64,000 bases of DNA from Vitrella brassicaformis CCMP3155 (Eukaryota; Protista; Chromerida): the NCBI GenBank assembly GCA_001179505.1, contig CDMY01000511.1:22861-86860 (forward strand), given 5' to 3'. The position numbers were made by a program, and so were the translations under genes. Position 1 is the first letter of the stretch. The number at the start of each line of letters is the position of its first letter. The notes beneath the pieces were generated by a model. It made no database searches and was not told the origin of the DNA. It saw only the letters and a list, made by a program, of their open reading frames with translations. Below are positions 11,706 through 23,927 of this stretch, piece by piece.

Positions 11706-13065
11706 TGTGTTTGGGTTGACCCATGCCTCAGTTGGCGGAGTCAGAGGATGCTCCGTCATGCGCACGAGGCCCTCGACAACATCAGCCGCCATCTTGCCCG
11801 GGTCCCTGGCCCCTGCAGACCTCTTCACATCGAGCTGATCCTCAGGGAGGGCCAGGATATGATCAATGAGCTGCTCATCGACCTGTCCAACGGGGAGCTG
11901 GAGAGGGAGTACCAGACCGCCTTGAACTTGCACTTCTCGTGAGTGGAGACGACACACACGGACGGTGTATCTGTGTTTCTGTGTTTGTGTGTGTGTGTGT
12001 GGTGAATGCAGTCTGCAGAAGGAGCTCGAGAGTCTGCAGAAGGAGCTCGAGGTTCTGCAGGAGAAGGGCGAGATTGGGGAGCAGGACAAGAAGTGCCATG
12101 ACTTGAAGAAGCGTTTGGATCTGCTGGTGCACATCAGCAAGGACGGCGCCCAGCACTTGGAGCAGCTGACCAAGCGTGCCAGAGACTTCCGCGTCATCTT
12201 GGAGGACGCTGTTGGCGCGCTCGCGAGGACCAGCCGAGCGGACCAGGCGGACATACAGCAGTAAGCCAATTCAATAGACGTGGGACACTGCCAAATCTCT
12301 CGTCTGTGCGTCTATGGGGGGTTGGTGTTCAGCATTTCGCAGAAGGTGCAAGTGCAGCAGCAGCCGGGCATGACAGCGTCCGGCCCGTCAGCATCGCCGG
12401 CCAGCAGTGAGTCGCCCTCAGACACCACGCAGCAGCAGGGAGGGGCTGGGGGCGGCGGGGATCCTCCGTCGCAGCTCGAAAACGAGTATCGCAAGCTCAT
12501 GGGCCTGCACTTCATGTGAGAGAACATAGAGACACACACGGCCGAATGGATGGCAGTCACGTCTGTGTGTGGAGGGTGTATGCAGTCGTGTCACCGATGA
12601 GGAGGAGCGTCAGCTGATTGAGAAGCACATCAAGGAGTGCCATGACGCGGGCCGTTTGGATCGGCTGGTCGGCATCAGCCGGGACGTCGAGCACCACTTG
12701 GCTGCCGCCCATCACAGTCCTGCCGCGGCATCACAGTCCTGCCGCGGCATCACAGTCAAGAGGCTGCACCTCTTCTGGCTGCGGAGGGAGCTGGAAAGGG
12801 CACAGCGCAGATGGAGAGAGCAATTAAGATCGGAGCGAGGCTGACAAGTGCGTCATCTTCCTCCCATGTGTAAGCACGCAACGCACACACGCACACACGC
12901 GCAGGCATGTGTGTCGTCATGGTGTGTGTCTGTGTGTGTATCAGAGGCATCTGTGCGTGTGCCAGCAGTGCTCCGACGACTTGATGGCCAAGCCGCAGAG
13001 CGAGCGCGTCTGCCCCATTTGCCGCCAGGAGACAGCACGTGCGCTACATACCAACATTCGTTTAA
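7965..13065 (+). pseudogene. BTB-BTB-TLDc-TLDc-coiled-coil-RING gene, damaged copy
   Basis: Same exons as 29175-33895, but with TAG at 9644-9646 (CAG in the other copy), a duplicated internal exon, a 19-bp tandem repeat at about 12710, and no first CxxC in the RING. Confidence 0.7.
10921..11700 (+). repeat. Tandem duplication (unit about 391 bp) of one exon plus flanking intron
   Basis: RIVK...DGTSPSSCYIYDAEEDEEVHVDEMMPSS...QLKDGNSA is encoded twice (ORFs 10905 and 11191). Confidence 0.95.
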
Positions 13066-13616
13066 GAGCACCATACACACACACACACATGACTGTCTTC
13101 GCACTTTCCGTACATACACAATTGTGGGCCGAAGGTGGTTTGTGTGCGTGCTGCGGACTGCATGTGTGCCTTGGTTCGGTTGCCCTCGTGAATGCAATGC
13201 GGCCTGCCTTTTGTGCTGGCTGGTATCTTTTTGCCCTGTCTGTCTGTCTGCCGTTTTTGACGGTGTGTATCGAATCTGCCTAGCATACCATACCCTCTTA
13301 CATGGTGAGCTGGGATCAATCTGCCTTCCTTGCCTGGCCTGCATTGCATGGGTGCGTCTTTCATTGTGTAGCTAGATGTGTATACGTATCTATCGGCCGC
13401 TCAATCCTCTCTGCCTACATTCATGCCATGCTGCATGGATGGATGGCGGAAGGGGCTGTCCATGTGCGATACTTTCCATTGAATGCATGCAAACCGCCCG
13501 CCCTCTTCATCCGTGTCTGTCTGCCACCAGTCGACATTCGATTCATCCATCCATCCATCAGTCTCTGGTGCAACAGTCAAACACCTCACTACCAAAGCCT
13601 CAACAACATGCATTCA

Positions 13617-13677
13617 ATTGATGTGGTTGTGATGGACAGTCATGATAACTCTTGATCAGTTCAAAAGGATCAATCCG
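13617..13677 (+). promoter_or_regulatory. Conserved leader motif, copy 2 of 3
   Basis: Near-identical to 7624-7686 and 38437-38498. Contains TTGATC-N10-GATCAA. Confidence 0.55.
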
Positions 13678-13913
13678 GGTGCGACACGCGAAGCGCCGCT
13701 GGTTGACAAAGCGGCGAGAAAATGTTGCGACGAGACGGGCAATCGAGACGGGGGCGGAGATTTAAAAGAAATAACTCGCGCAGAACTTTTTGAAGATGTC
13801 AGTTTTTCGTGAGCCCTTGTGACGACAGAGCGTCACACTCGTCAATCAGCCGCCAGCTGACGGCAAATATTCACCGTTTCCCCCTTTGCTCACATCAGCT
13901 GCCCTCAGTCGTC

Positions 13914-15960
13914 ATGGGCGGCCACAGCACTCCACGGCCACAGCAGCAGGTGGCCTTGACGTCAGAGGAGCGTTATTTGGAGGCCGGGGAGTCCGAAATC
14001 GCCGCCGCGTTGCTGGAGGGCCTGGGGTTTGTGGACTGGGGGGGCCGGAGGAAGGCCGCGAGGGCCGCGAGGAGGGAGATGGCCTGGGAGCTGACGAGGG
14101 AGATTCCCACTCGCTGCCCCGAGGCTGACGTGGATGGCTGGTGCGTGGTGGGCGACCATGATAACACGTAAGTGGACACACATATACATTGCACTCTGGC
14201 GCGTTCATTCTCAATCTCTGATGTGTCCTTTCCTTCATTTCATTCAGGCCCGCCACGGTGAGGCTCCACCGCCACCATCGACGTGCAGCCAAGCGAAGAG
14301 GTCAACCCCACACCCACGCCAGCGGCACCAGCAGTGGAGCCCATCGCCTGACCCGAGGCCGACACACAGCAGCCGCCCCACCCTGAGGCCCCCCAATCAG
14401 CGGACGAGCAAGCCGCCGCCACAGAGGCGCCGCCCACCGAAGAGCCGCAGGCCGGCCCATCCCAGCAGAAGGAGGTGGAGGAGGAGGAGAAGAAGAAGAA
14501 GGTGGTGGAGAAGCCGCCCCGCGTGTGCAACTTCGAGGGCCTGGCCCACCTCGTGGACAAGTACAAGGACGTGCCGTACTACCCGCCGGCACCGCCCACC
14601 CTGCCGCCCGCCAGCACCTGGAAAGTGCTGCCGGCGTACGACCGCCGCATGGGCAACGAGACGGTCATCACCTTCCACATCGTCCTCACGCCCGACAGGT
14701 GGGCATCAAGACGGCCCTGACCCCGAGGGCGGCAGAGGTCCTCAAGAGGGAGCAGGCGTACCAGTGGTACATCATCAACCGGGCCTGCAAGAAGGAGTGG
14801 CGGCGCAAGGCCATCCACGTGCACGTGTGTTGCTGATGTGCAGATCGCTGGCTACATTTTATATTTGATCGACCGATGATAAACCCGCTACCGCACTGCC
14901 TTGTCCCGCCCGTCTGCACGTCGAAGGTGAGCTGTCTGTCGAAATGGACTGATCAACTCGCGTGTACGTGTTTCGGGTCTCTGTGTGCAGATGGATCGCT
15001 GTCTCCCTCTTATATAGTGGGCCTCTCCTACTTCGTCCAAGAACAAACCGCTGGCTGACTGCGTCGATCGCGTCAACAACGGCGAGGCGGGCTGGTTCTC
15101 CATCGCTCTCACGTGTCTCGATGTGGCCGACCCGGAGTCCGACCCAGACGACGGCCCACAGACAGTGGAGGACTTCGTCGAGAGCATGAGGGACTACTTC
15201 GAGGTGCGGCGATTTCCCAGGGACGCAGAGAAGGACATCATCACCGCACCACGTGGGGCCTTCCGCGACCCAATCGAGGCAGCCAAGACAATCGTGTTCC
15301 ACCACCTTCTCATTGCAGCCGACCCGCTGCAGAGGGCCACGGCATTCGCAGAGGCCGCAGAGGAGATGCCAACGGGGCTGGTGGAGTCGAGGCCCATCAA
15401 GATCGAGAAGGAGGGGCCCATGCGGCTGAGGGCAGAGAGGGGCGGCTGGAAGCACGAGCACTTCTATGTGCGGCTGACTGACGCGTCCGCGAGCAGGTGG
15501 GTGTGGATGACGGTGTGGTGTGTCGTTGATACGGCGTCCAACCAAGCGGAAGGTGAGCCACACAACATTCACTTCTTTCGTATGTCTCCGTGCCGTACGT
15601 ACGCAGAGTTGGCGCCCCACGGCAAGGAGGTGGGGATTGTGGCCATCAAGACCGCCTTGACCCCGAGGGCGGCGGAGGACCTCAAGAGGGAGCAGGTGTA
15701 CGTGTGGTACATCATCAACCGGCCTGCAAGCAGAAGTGGCGGATAGACGCCATCCGCAGGGCGTGCAAGGAGCAGTGGCCCAACCACTACAAGTTCCCAC
15801 ACGAGCGGACCGAGGAGGAGAACAAGCCGTGCGGGGCGTGGCTGTAGTGTGGGGGAGAGGCTGGTGGGGTGTGTGAGGATGGATGGACGCGGAAGGCGGA
15901 GGGTCACCGCAGGGGAGGAGAGGGAGGGCCTTCTCATCGCTGCTTACATTTTATATTGGG
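13914..15960 (+). pseudogene. Chimeric cassette, copy 1: Pro-rich/CNFEGL segment, AIKTALT segment, captured gene fragment, second AIKTALT segment
   Basis: Starts MGGHSTPRPQQQVALTSE. There is an in-frame TGA near 14349 and frameshifts near 14700. Paralogous to 38701-40875; 15030-15530 matches 55600-56120 inverted. Confidence 0.7.
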
Positions 15961-16099
15961 AGTTCCTTTGCCTCGTCCCAACGCATAAGAGGGTGGGGTG
16001 TGTGTGTTGACTGAGTGAGTGAGTGAGACTCCCTTGATCATCTGTTTGTGCCACTGGCCAACCCGTGACGGCCGGGAAGAATTCACTGCAACGACACAA

Positions 16100-19000
16100 G
16101 TCAAACAAACTATCACTACACACACACACGCGGGCTATGGTAGCATCGGTGGCAGTATCGGCACAGACACCTTTGTGTGTCTCATCGATTCCGGTTGTCT
16201 GTGGGAGTTGGGGTATCAACCTGTTTGATAGGATTGATCATCTCAGTGTCTCACACAGTCGGCGCATTCAGGAAAAACAAACGTACGCATGTGTGTATCC
16301 ATGCAGTCCATCCGATCGTCCTTCTCTCATGTGTCGATTGATGCACAGACCCCCCACACCCACGCCCACATCTCACCTGCGCTCATGCACGGCCATCCAT
16401 CGATCCATCCATTGATCGCGCCACACATTCTTCCCACCTGTCTGTCTGTCTCTCTGTTGGTGCGCCCGCCCAGCAAAATCGCCACACCCACACCCACACC
16501 CACATCCATGCACACGCACTCTCATGCACAGAGGTCATCCCTACCTGGAGCCATGTCGACGCGCTCTGTCTCTCTCTCTCTCTGGTGCAACTCAAAAACA
16601 GCTGCTCTGTTGAACACTCCCCGTCAACCCCTCTCTCCTCTCCCACTCTCGCCCACGAATCGCACCAGACAGACAGACAGACAAGCAAGCCAGGGAATCA
16701 GTAGGGAGGGAGGCACTGAAACACTTCAGCGACAGATGGACGGACAGACAGACAGACGGAGAGGGGCGATGCTGTGTGGTGTGTACTGTAGGGGTGTGTG
16801 TTCAACGGGTGCGTACGTCATTGTGTGTGTGTTGGCTGGTTGGTTGAAGGTGGCCAAAAGGCAGCCGGGCAGCATCATCAGATGTCTCTCTGTGGCTGTA
16901 GGCAGTCAGGCAGGTAGGCAGGCAAACAAACACTCACACGGCAGACAGACAGACAGGACCACAGACAAGACAACCAGAGCCCCCCCGAAGGGCGGACAAA
17001 AAAAGTAGCCAGGCAGGTGGACAGACAAGGAACACACAGACACGCAGATAGAGAAAAAATGGCAAAAGCTAGGCGAGGCGAGGCGAGACACACAGTGCAC
17101 TCAGATAGATGCAGCACAGTGGGCATGGTGTGTGTGTGTGTGTCCATGTGTGTGTCCATGTGTGTGGTCGTGTTAAAATTGCGATGTCGTCCGTACGTCA
17201 GTTCGTTACGATAGCATGCAGTGCCAACCAGCAGAACCGTGGGGACGCTGGTGTCCGTCCGTGAGTGGTGAGTGAGTGGGATGGTGAGTGGGTACGATTG
17301 TGTGCATTGCATTCGGTAGACCATCGATACGATCGACGATAGCCTACGGACATCAACCAATCAATGCATTGCAATGCCGATAACGAGCTCGAGGGCACCA
17401 CACGCACACGCACACACGCACGCACAGCAGGGATCGGAAGAGAGAGGGCGACGCACCGCACCGCACCGCACCCACAAGAATCAAATGAAGACCGTACCGC
17501 CCGGAGATGGGATGGGATGCAATCAATGAAAATCATGACGCATGCATGCGATTGTAATGGTACGGTAGGTAGGTACCACCTACACTAAGTACGCACGCAC
17601 AACATCACCGCACACACGCAGCACCAAACCGTACCGCACCGCACCGCACCGCACCGACTGACCGACCCACTTACCAAGCACCAATGGGCAGCATTGACAG
17701 CAAAAGGACGGACCGACAAACAAATAACAACAGCCACAGCCAGCCGTTCCGTTCCGGATGTGAATTATCTATCTGCCGCAGTTCCACACACGAAAGCACA
17801 CCCACCCACCCACCCCACCAAACATTTCGAAACGTCTGTCTCACCACGTCACGTCATGACGCATCCATCCATCCAGCCAGCCAGCCAGCCAGGCGGTAAA
17901 GGTCGTTACCCACCTTACCCACCTACGCACAAACTCGCAGAGGTCCGGCTCGCCACAGGACAAACAGACGGGAAGCGAAGGGCAGCTACGATGTGTGCAT
18001 GTGTGCATCGGAGCAATCGTATGGATCAATCGTTGGGGGGAGGGGGGGAATGTCGTATGCATCGAAAACCCTACCACTCCCGCACCCTGTCGCCCACAAA
18101 CCGCATCTACCTATAACAATGCCCCAGAGAACCAGCCTGCGTGGAGGAGCTCACACAAGCACACGAGAGACCGGTGGAGAGACTGCACAGACAGAGACAC
18201 AGACAAACGGACAAAACGCAGTTATAAAAACACCAAAATACCGCTGCAGCCTTCAATCCTTCCATCATTCCTTCCTTGCACACGAGCACCTGGTCCGCAT
18301 ACACCCCATCTTATCTACACGTGCGCTCCCTCCCTCTCCCCCTCTGTCACCCCGGGGGCCCTTAGACATCCATCCATCCGATGTCCATCCATATACTACC
18401 ACACACCCGCACCACTTTCATTAGATAGACATTCTTGCCTCCGCTGCTGACCAGCGATGGCAGCTAAAACGCAGCGGGACGGCAGACACACACACACACA
18501 CACAGCACACCTACATGCTCACACATGTGTACACACAGACACACAGAGCAGCAGCAGTAGTAGGGCAGCCCAGCCCAACGGCGGCACACCACCAACCCCA
18601 GCGATCGATCAACGAATTACACAGACAGAGAGAGAGGGAGGGATGGTTTAGATAGATGGCAACGAAGTCGAGACATGAAAGAGATCGATCGACCTGTGGT
18701 TGGGGGGGTTGTGTCGCTGGTGTGCGTGTGTGTGTATGTAGAGAGAAGATACCTAGGATAAGTCAAACACATTTCTGTGAATTCCCCGCCCGTCCGCCTC
18801 CACGCCCTGTCTGCCTGCCTGCCTGCCTGCCTGGACGGCAGATGCAGTAAGGGAAGGCTGAATTACACAAAGACCAACACAGGGGTGAAATGGCAACGGG
18901 AGCCAGGTGCCAGTTCATGACGCAGTGAGGAAGGAAACAGGCAGGCAGGCCCACAAGACAGACAGGCAGGGTGCGCAAGGCAAGGCCTTGCATAAATAGG

Positions 19001-19215
19001 CAGGCAGGCAGGCAGGCAGTCATGCGTTCGTTCAGGCAATTAGGAAGGTGTGCATATCATTGAGCAGCAAGCCAGCCGATTTCGATTCGAACCAACACTT
19101 AGCCAATTAGATAGACAGATAGACACACACACACACACACACACATGCAATCTAATGCAATGCAACGCAATGTGCATCGCACCCACGTGCCTTAAAGTAT
19201 GGAGCGTACGTACCG
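16100..19215. repeat. Microsatellite-rich intergenic tract
   Basis: (GACA)n, (CA)n, (GCACC)n, (CCAT)n, (CTGC)n and (GGCA)n runs; no credible exon. Confidence 0.75.
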
Positions 19216-19515
19216 NNNNNNNNNNNNNNNNNNNNNNNNNNNNNNNNNNNNNNNNNNNNNNNNNNNNNNNNNNNNNNNNNNNNNNNNNNNNNNNNNNNNN
19301 NNNNNNNNNNNNNNNNNNNNNNNNNNNNNNNNNNNNNNNNNNNNNNNNNNNNNNNNNNNNNNNNNNNNNNNNNNNNNNNNNNNNNNNNNNNNNNNNNNNN
19401 NNNNNNNNNNNNNNNNNNNNNNNNNNNNNNNNNNNNNNNNNNNNNNNNNNNNNNNNNNNNNNNNNNNNNNNNNNNNNNNNNNNNNNNNNNNNNNNNNNNN
19501 NNNNNNNNNNNNNNN
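19216..19515. other. Assembly gap (300 N)
   Basis: Run of N. Confidence 1.
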
Positions 19516-19535
19516 CCCCCTGCCCAATCCAATCA

Positions 19536-20988
19536 TCACCTGGTGCCCTCCCTGGATCTGGTGGTCCACAGGAGCCGGGGCGACTGCATCACCGGCATGA
19601 ACGGCAGGGAACCCCTCTCCCTCTCCCTCTCCCCCTCCCCCTCTCCCACCAGGTCGACATGCGGCAGCTGCCCCCTCTGCTCGGCCGTGAAGGTCCTCAG
19701 GGTCGCCGACCACTCTTCCATCACCTTGGGGCTCCCCAGCAGCCGCCAAAATTGGGGGTGATCCAGCATCGGGTAGTCCAGCGATGATGCAGACACACCC
19801 TTCTTCTTGTCCTTGTGCTTGTATGGCGACGAGCGGGACCGGGAGAGGGTGAATGACGGTGGGATGGACGGCAGGCCGCCCTCCTCGCTGTCGGGGTGGT
19901 CCGTCAGGCTGCGGCATGGGGGCAGGTGGTGGTGTTTGTGTTGGTGGTTGTCCATGGCGCAGAGAGAGGCCGACGACACACATGACGTGTCGGTAGGGCC
20001 GGCCAGGTCGTCGCACTCCCACCCACCGTCGGTGTGTGAGGAGGAGCAGCCCGCCACGGTGGAGGCCGACATGTGGGTGCCGCACCGGTCCTTCCCGCCA
20101 CTCGTGTAATGGTCACCGCACACAGACACGTCGGTGCTGCCCGTCGGCCCCGACACCGTCAGGCTGACCGCGCCACGCTGCAGCAGCGCGTCCGGAATGC
20201 GGCGGTAGAACCCCCTCCCACCCCTCCCTCTCCCATTGCCCAGGCCCCTCCTGGCACGCGCCACCCTGCCCTTGTGGTTGAGCATGGACGAGCGCGAGTG
20301 CGAGCCGCTGCTGTCGGTGTCTATGGTGGTGGAGTCCGTGTCGCGTCGCGATGGCGATGAAGACGAGCATGGCTGGAAGCGCATGAATGCTGGGAGGGGG
20401 ATGCACCGGATGAATGGGGGTGTGAGTGGGGATCTGTTGCCGGGCGTCAAGGGGTTGAGGCCTCTGGGCGGGGGGAGGGGGGTGCGGGTGCGGGAGGAGG
20501 AGGGCACCAGGGGGGCCATGATGTCCAGGAACTCGATGTAGTCTGATGCCAGCACATGGGCACATGCGAGGGTGGGAGGGGCATTGCATTGCAAACAAGA
20601 GTGTGCTGGTGGTGGTGGTGGGGTTGGGGTGATGGTATGTATGGTGTGGCATTGGCGTTACCCACCGATGGGTGCGTCTGTTCTCTTGGAATCTACGGCA
20701 GCTCCGTGGAGGATGTCGTGGCACCACATGTATGTCCAGTGGTCATACCTTCACATACACACACGCACAGCACATATCCATGAGGGAGGGAAAGGCGAGA
20801 CGCGTGTGCGCCTGTGTGGTGTGTGGAGTGAAGGGGTGTGGTGTGTTCCTTACCTGTTGGGTGCGAGGCAGTGCATGATGTCGTGTGCCGTGATGATGCC
20901 GTCGCCGTCAGCATCGAGCATCTCAAACACATACTGACATACACATACACAGCCAAACCACACAGACAGAGATACACACGACGAGCCC

Positions 20989-21024
<36 letters not shown>

Positions 21025-23822
21025 CGTCCCCTCACCGCGAGTCTCTGCTCTGTGAGTAGGTGGTCCCTGGACGCAGTCGCCAACACGAACTCACTCCAGC
21101 TGGACCAGTACGACACAAGACACATGACACAGACGTGTCACACACACACACACACACATACACACACCTGATGACGCCGTCTCCGTCCATGTCGACCCGT
21201 TGGAAGCACGTCTGCGCCTCCTTGGTGGACATGCGCTGATGCACATGGGGCGGGTGTGTGGTGGGGTGGGTGCCCTTGTCATTGAGACTCTTGATGAGTG
21301 TCTGGGCAGACGGTCTCTTGAAGGACGCGTTGGCGGCCTTCCGGAGATCGCGGAGAGTGATGCCCTGCATGGATAGCACATGCAGACACAGATACACAAA
21401 GAGGGCATCGGATCGGACGTGTGCGGTCTGGTCTGCTGCCTACCGCTTTGGCAGGTGTTTCGATGGCTCTGAAGACGGGCAGCAGCGCGTTGCTCTCGGC
21501 CTTGCTCATCAGGTGACGAACGATGCACCGCAATACCAACTTCACGAACAGACAACCACACAAAGACATGCACACAAGGTATTTTCTCTCTCTCTCTCTC
21601 CTCTGCCCACTCGCCAACCTGTTGGAGTGCATTGGTCTGCGGGAAGTCCCTCATCGCCTCGATGGCCCCCTGCACGTCCATGTGGGTGTTGCCGCCCTTG
21701 TCCACGGAGGAGCTGCCCATCCGCGCCAGCCGCTGACCCACATCTGTGTTGCGGAGCCACTTGTGCCTGCGGGGCAGCACGTAGGGCACACTCGGAATCG
21801 AATACTGCAGCCTGCCCACACAAACACACCACACCCAGCAGAGCGCACACGTGTAGTGCAGGTCATTCCCATCTGCTCTGCTGGCATGGCAACGTCGCTT
21901 TCTTACCACGGGTGTTGCAGTGCCCTAGAGGCGGAGATGCGCTTGTTTGGGTCGTGCTGCAGTAGCCGAGTGACGAGGTCGATGCACGACTGTGAGATGC
22001 GGTCCCACACCTGCCGTGGCACCAGGGGCAGCCGTGCGTCGTGCTGCCCTTCGGCCACCCGCCGCAGCAGCTGCTCGGTCTCCTCCTCGGACTCGCCCAC
22101 ATAGGGCGGCCGGCCGCACAGGAGCATGTACAGCAGCACGCCGCAAGCCCACACGTCCACCGACTCGTCATACCGACCAGTGAACATCTCGGGAGCTGAC
22201 AGACAGGGAGGGACAGAGGGACACACCACAGACGACCTTCATTTCATTGAGAGAGATGCCTGGGCTGTCTTGTCTTGACGCACCCATGTAGAGAGTCGTG
22301 CCGACGACGTCTCTCATGTCCTGTCGGTGCCACTGGTAGCCCTCCGGTGCGTCCATGGTCTCAACCACCTCGCCCAGCGGCTCCTTGTCGATGTCTGGCT
22401 GCTGCTGCTGCTGGTGGTGGTGGGTCTTGGGCTTGAATGTGGGCGAGGGGATGGGGTGCAGCTGTGTGAACCGGACGGCACAACCAAAGTCGATGAGTTT
22501 GATGAGGGACTTGAGGCCGGGGGGTCTGGTGTCACGATCGGACGAGTCGAACATGACGTTCTCAAGCTTGATGTCTCTATGTTGACGGGGGAAGGGCAGC
22601 GGAGGGTTGGCGTATTCGTGTGCAGAACATGTGTGTGTGAGCGCGTAAGCGTGCATACCTGTGACAGATGCCCTGCTCGTGGAGGTAGGCAACGGCACCC
22701 AGCAGCTGCAATGACACACGCGGACGCCAATCAGATGCGGTCAAGAAGCGACAGAAACACCATTGGCGTGGCGGTCTGACCTGTTTGAGTATCTCAGCGG
22801 CCTCCGGTTCTGTGAAGTTGCGCTGCAGGAAGCGGTCGAAGAGCTCCCCTCCCTTGCTCATCTCCATCACACAATACACGTGGTCCTCATCCTCGTACAC
22901 CTCATACACCTGATACACAACACACACCACACCAAACCACACCACACCGCACCCATCCGTATCCTTCCCATCTGTCTGTCTGTCTGTCTGTCAGTCTGTC
23001 CATTGGCTACCCGGACGATGCTAGGGTGGTCAAGGTCGTTGAGCAGCGCCGCCTCCTCCCAGGCCCAGGAGCCGCCCCACCGCTCCTTGACATCCGTGGC
23101 GGGGGTGACGCTCCCGGTGGCGTTGTTCTTCGGTCGACGCGAACGGCGCAGCACATCCTTACGGACTATCTTGACAGCTGATCGATCGACACACAGAAAT
23201 GGATGGCCACTCACTAGGCGGTCCTGGTTGGTGGATGGGTATGGGGCTGACCTCTCTTCTCCTGAAGGTGTCTGTGGTGGGCGATGTACACGCTCCCGAA
23301 CGTGCCTGCGGCAATCTTCCGCCCTGATCGACACGCAAGACAACAAACACATCAACAGCTGGCCAAATTCAGTCACTTCGCCCCTTTTCTGCTTTCGTCG
23401 CCTGCCTCACCGAGTAGGTATATATCCCCGAAGTAGTGCGGCGTCATGTGTTTGAGGCTGCCGTGCTTGACCACCGGCCGCCGCTTGACTGCGTCTGCAT
23501 CGGCCTCTCTCCCACTCCCACAGCCACCAGGGGTGGTGGTGTCGTGTGTGAAGGTGTGCAGGTGGTCGGCATGGCCCCAGGGGATGACAGTGGCCGTCAC
23601 GCGGGGCTCACGATCAGACGACGATAGACACGCAGGGACAGACTGAAAACTTCCCATACAGACAGAGGAGTGATAAGACAGCCAGACAAACAGACGACAG
23701 ACAGACAGACTGACAGACAGACAGGCACGCCACGCAGCACCCAGGCAGGCAGGTTTAAATAGACAGGGCTGAGGTGCCGTCAGCCCCTTCCGCGTCGCCT
23801 CCCCAAGACCATCCAACACCAA
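19536..23822 (-). CDS. Calcium-dependent protein kinase (CDPK) with a long C-terminal extension
   Basis: Kinase motifs AAGTFGSV, AVKIV, EMSKGGELFD, HRDIKLEN, LIDFG, VGTTLYM-APE, DVWACGVLLYMLLCG and RISASRALQHPW. EF-hands DMDGDGVISWSEF and DADGDGIITAHD. The N-terminal start is uncertain. Confidence 0.93.
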
Positions 23823-23927
23823 CGGCCGCGATGCTGGCCGTGGACCTGGCCAAGCCCGCGCGCGATTCTGGCCGTGATCTTGGAAGTTGAAAAGCTATTC
23901 TTTTGAAGGCAGGAAAGGCTGTAAGGA

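Larger units (their letters stand above)
7800..13617 (+). repeat. Left arm of a ~5.8-kb inverted segmental duplication (right arm about 28683-34081)
   Basis: Exons, introns and flanks are collinear in reverse complement. The proteins are near-identical, e.g. MKINVGGRVIDFPVAELLRSEWQGTP and YRCILGKKYNIRHLYTYGNEQQGKG. Homology stops at the leader motif at 13617. Confidence 0.93.

Noticed and set aside
12262-12268. Apparent stop after QADIQQ splitting the coil-RING part into small genes
   Set aside because: The TAA lies within a GTAAG splice donor conserved in both copies, so an intron is more likely.
16100-19215. Dense short repeats that might suggest a CRISPR array or repetitive protein
   Set aside because: They are simple 2-5 nt microsatellites with no constant repeat/spacer periodicity. 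The ORFs here are low-complexity artefacts.
19050-19787. ORFs spanning N runs (also 61543-62129)
   Set aside because: They appear long only because N codons contain no stops.
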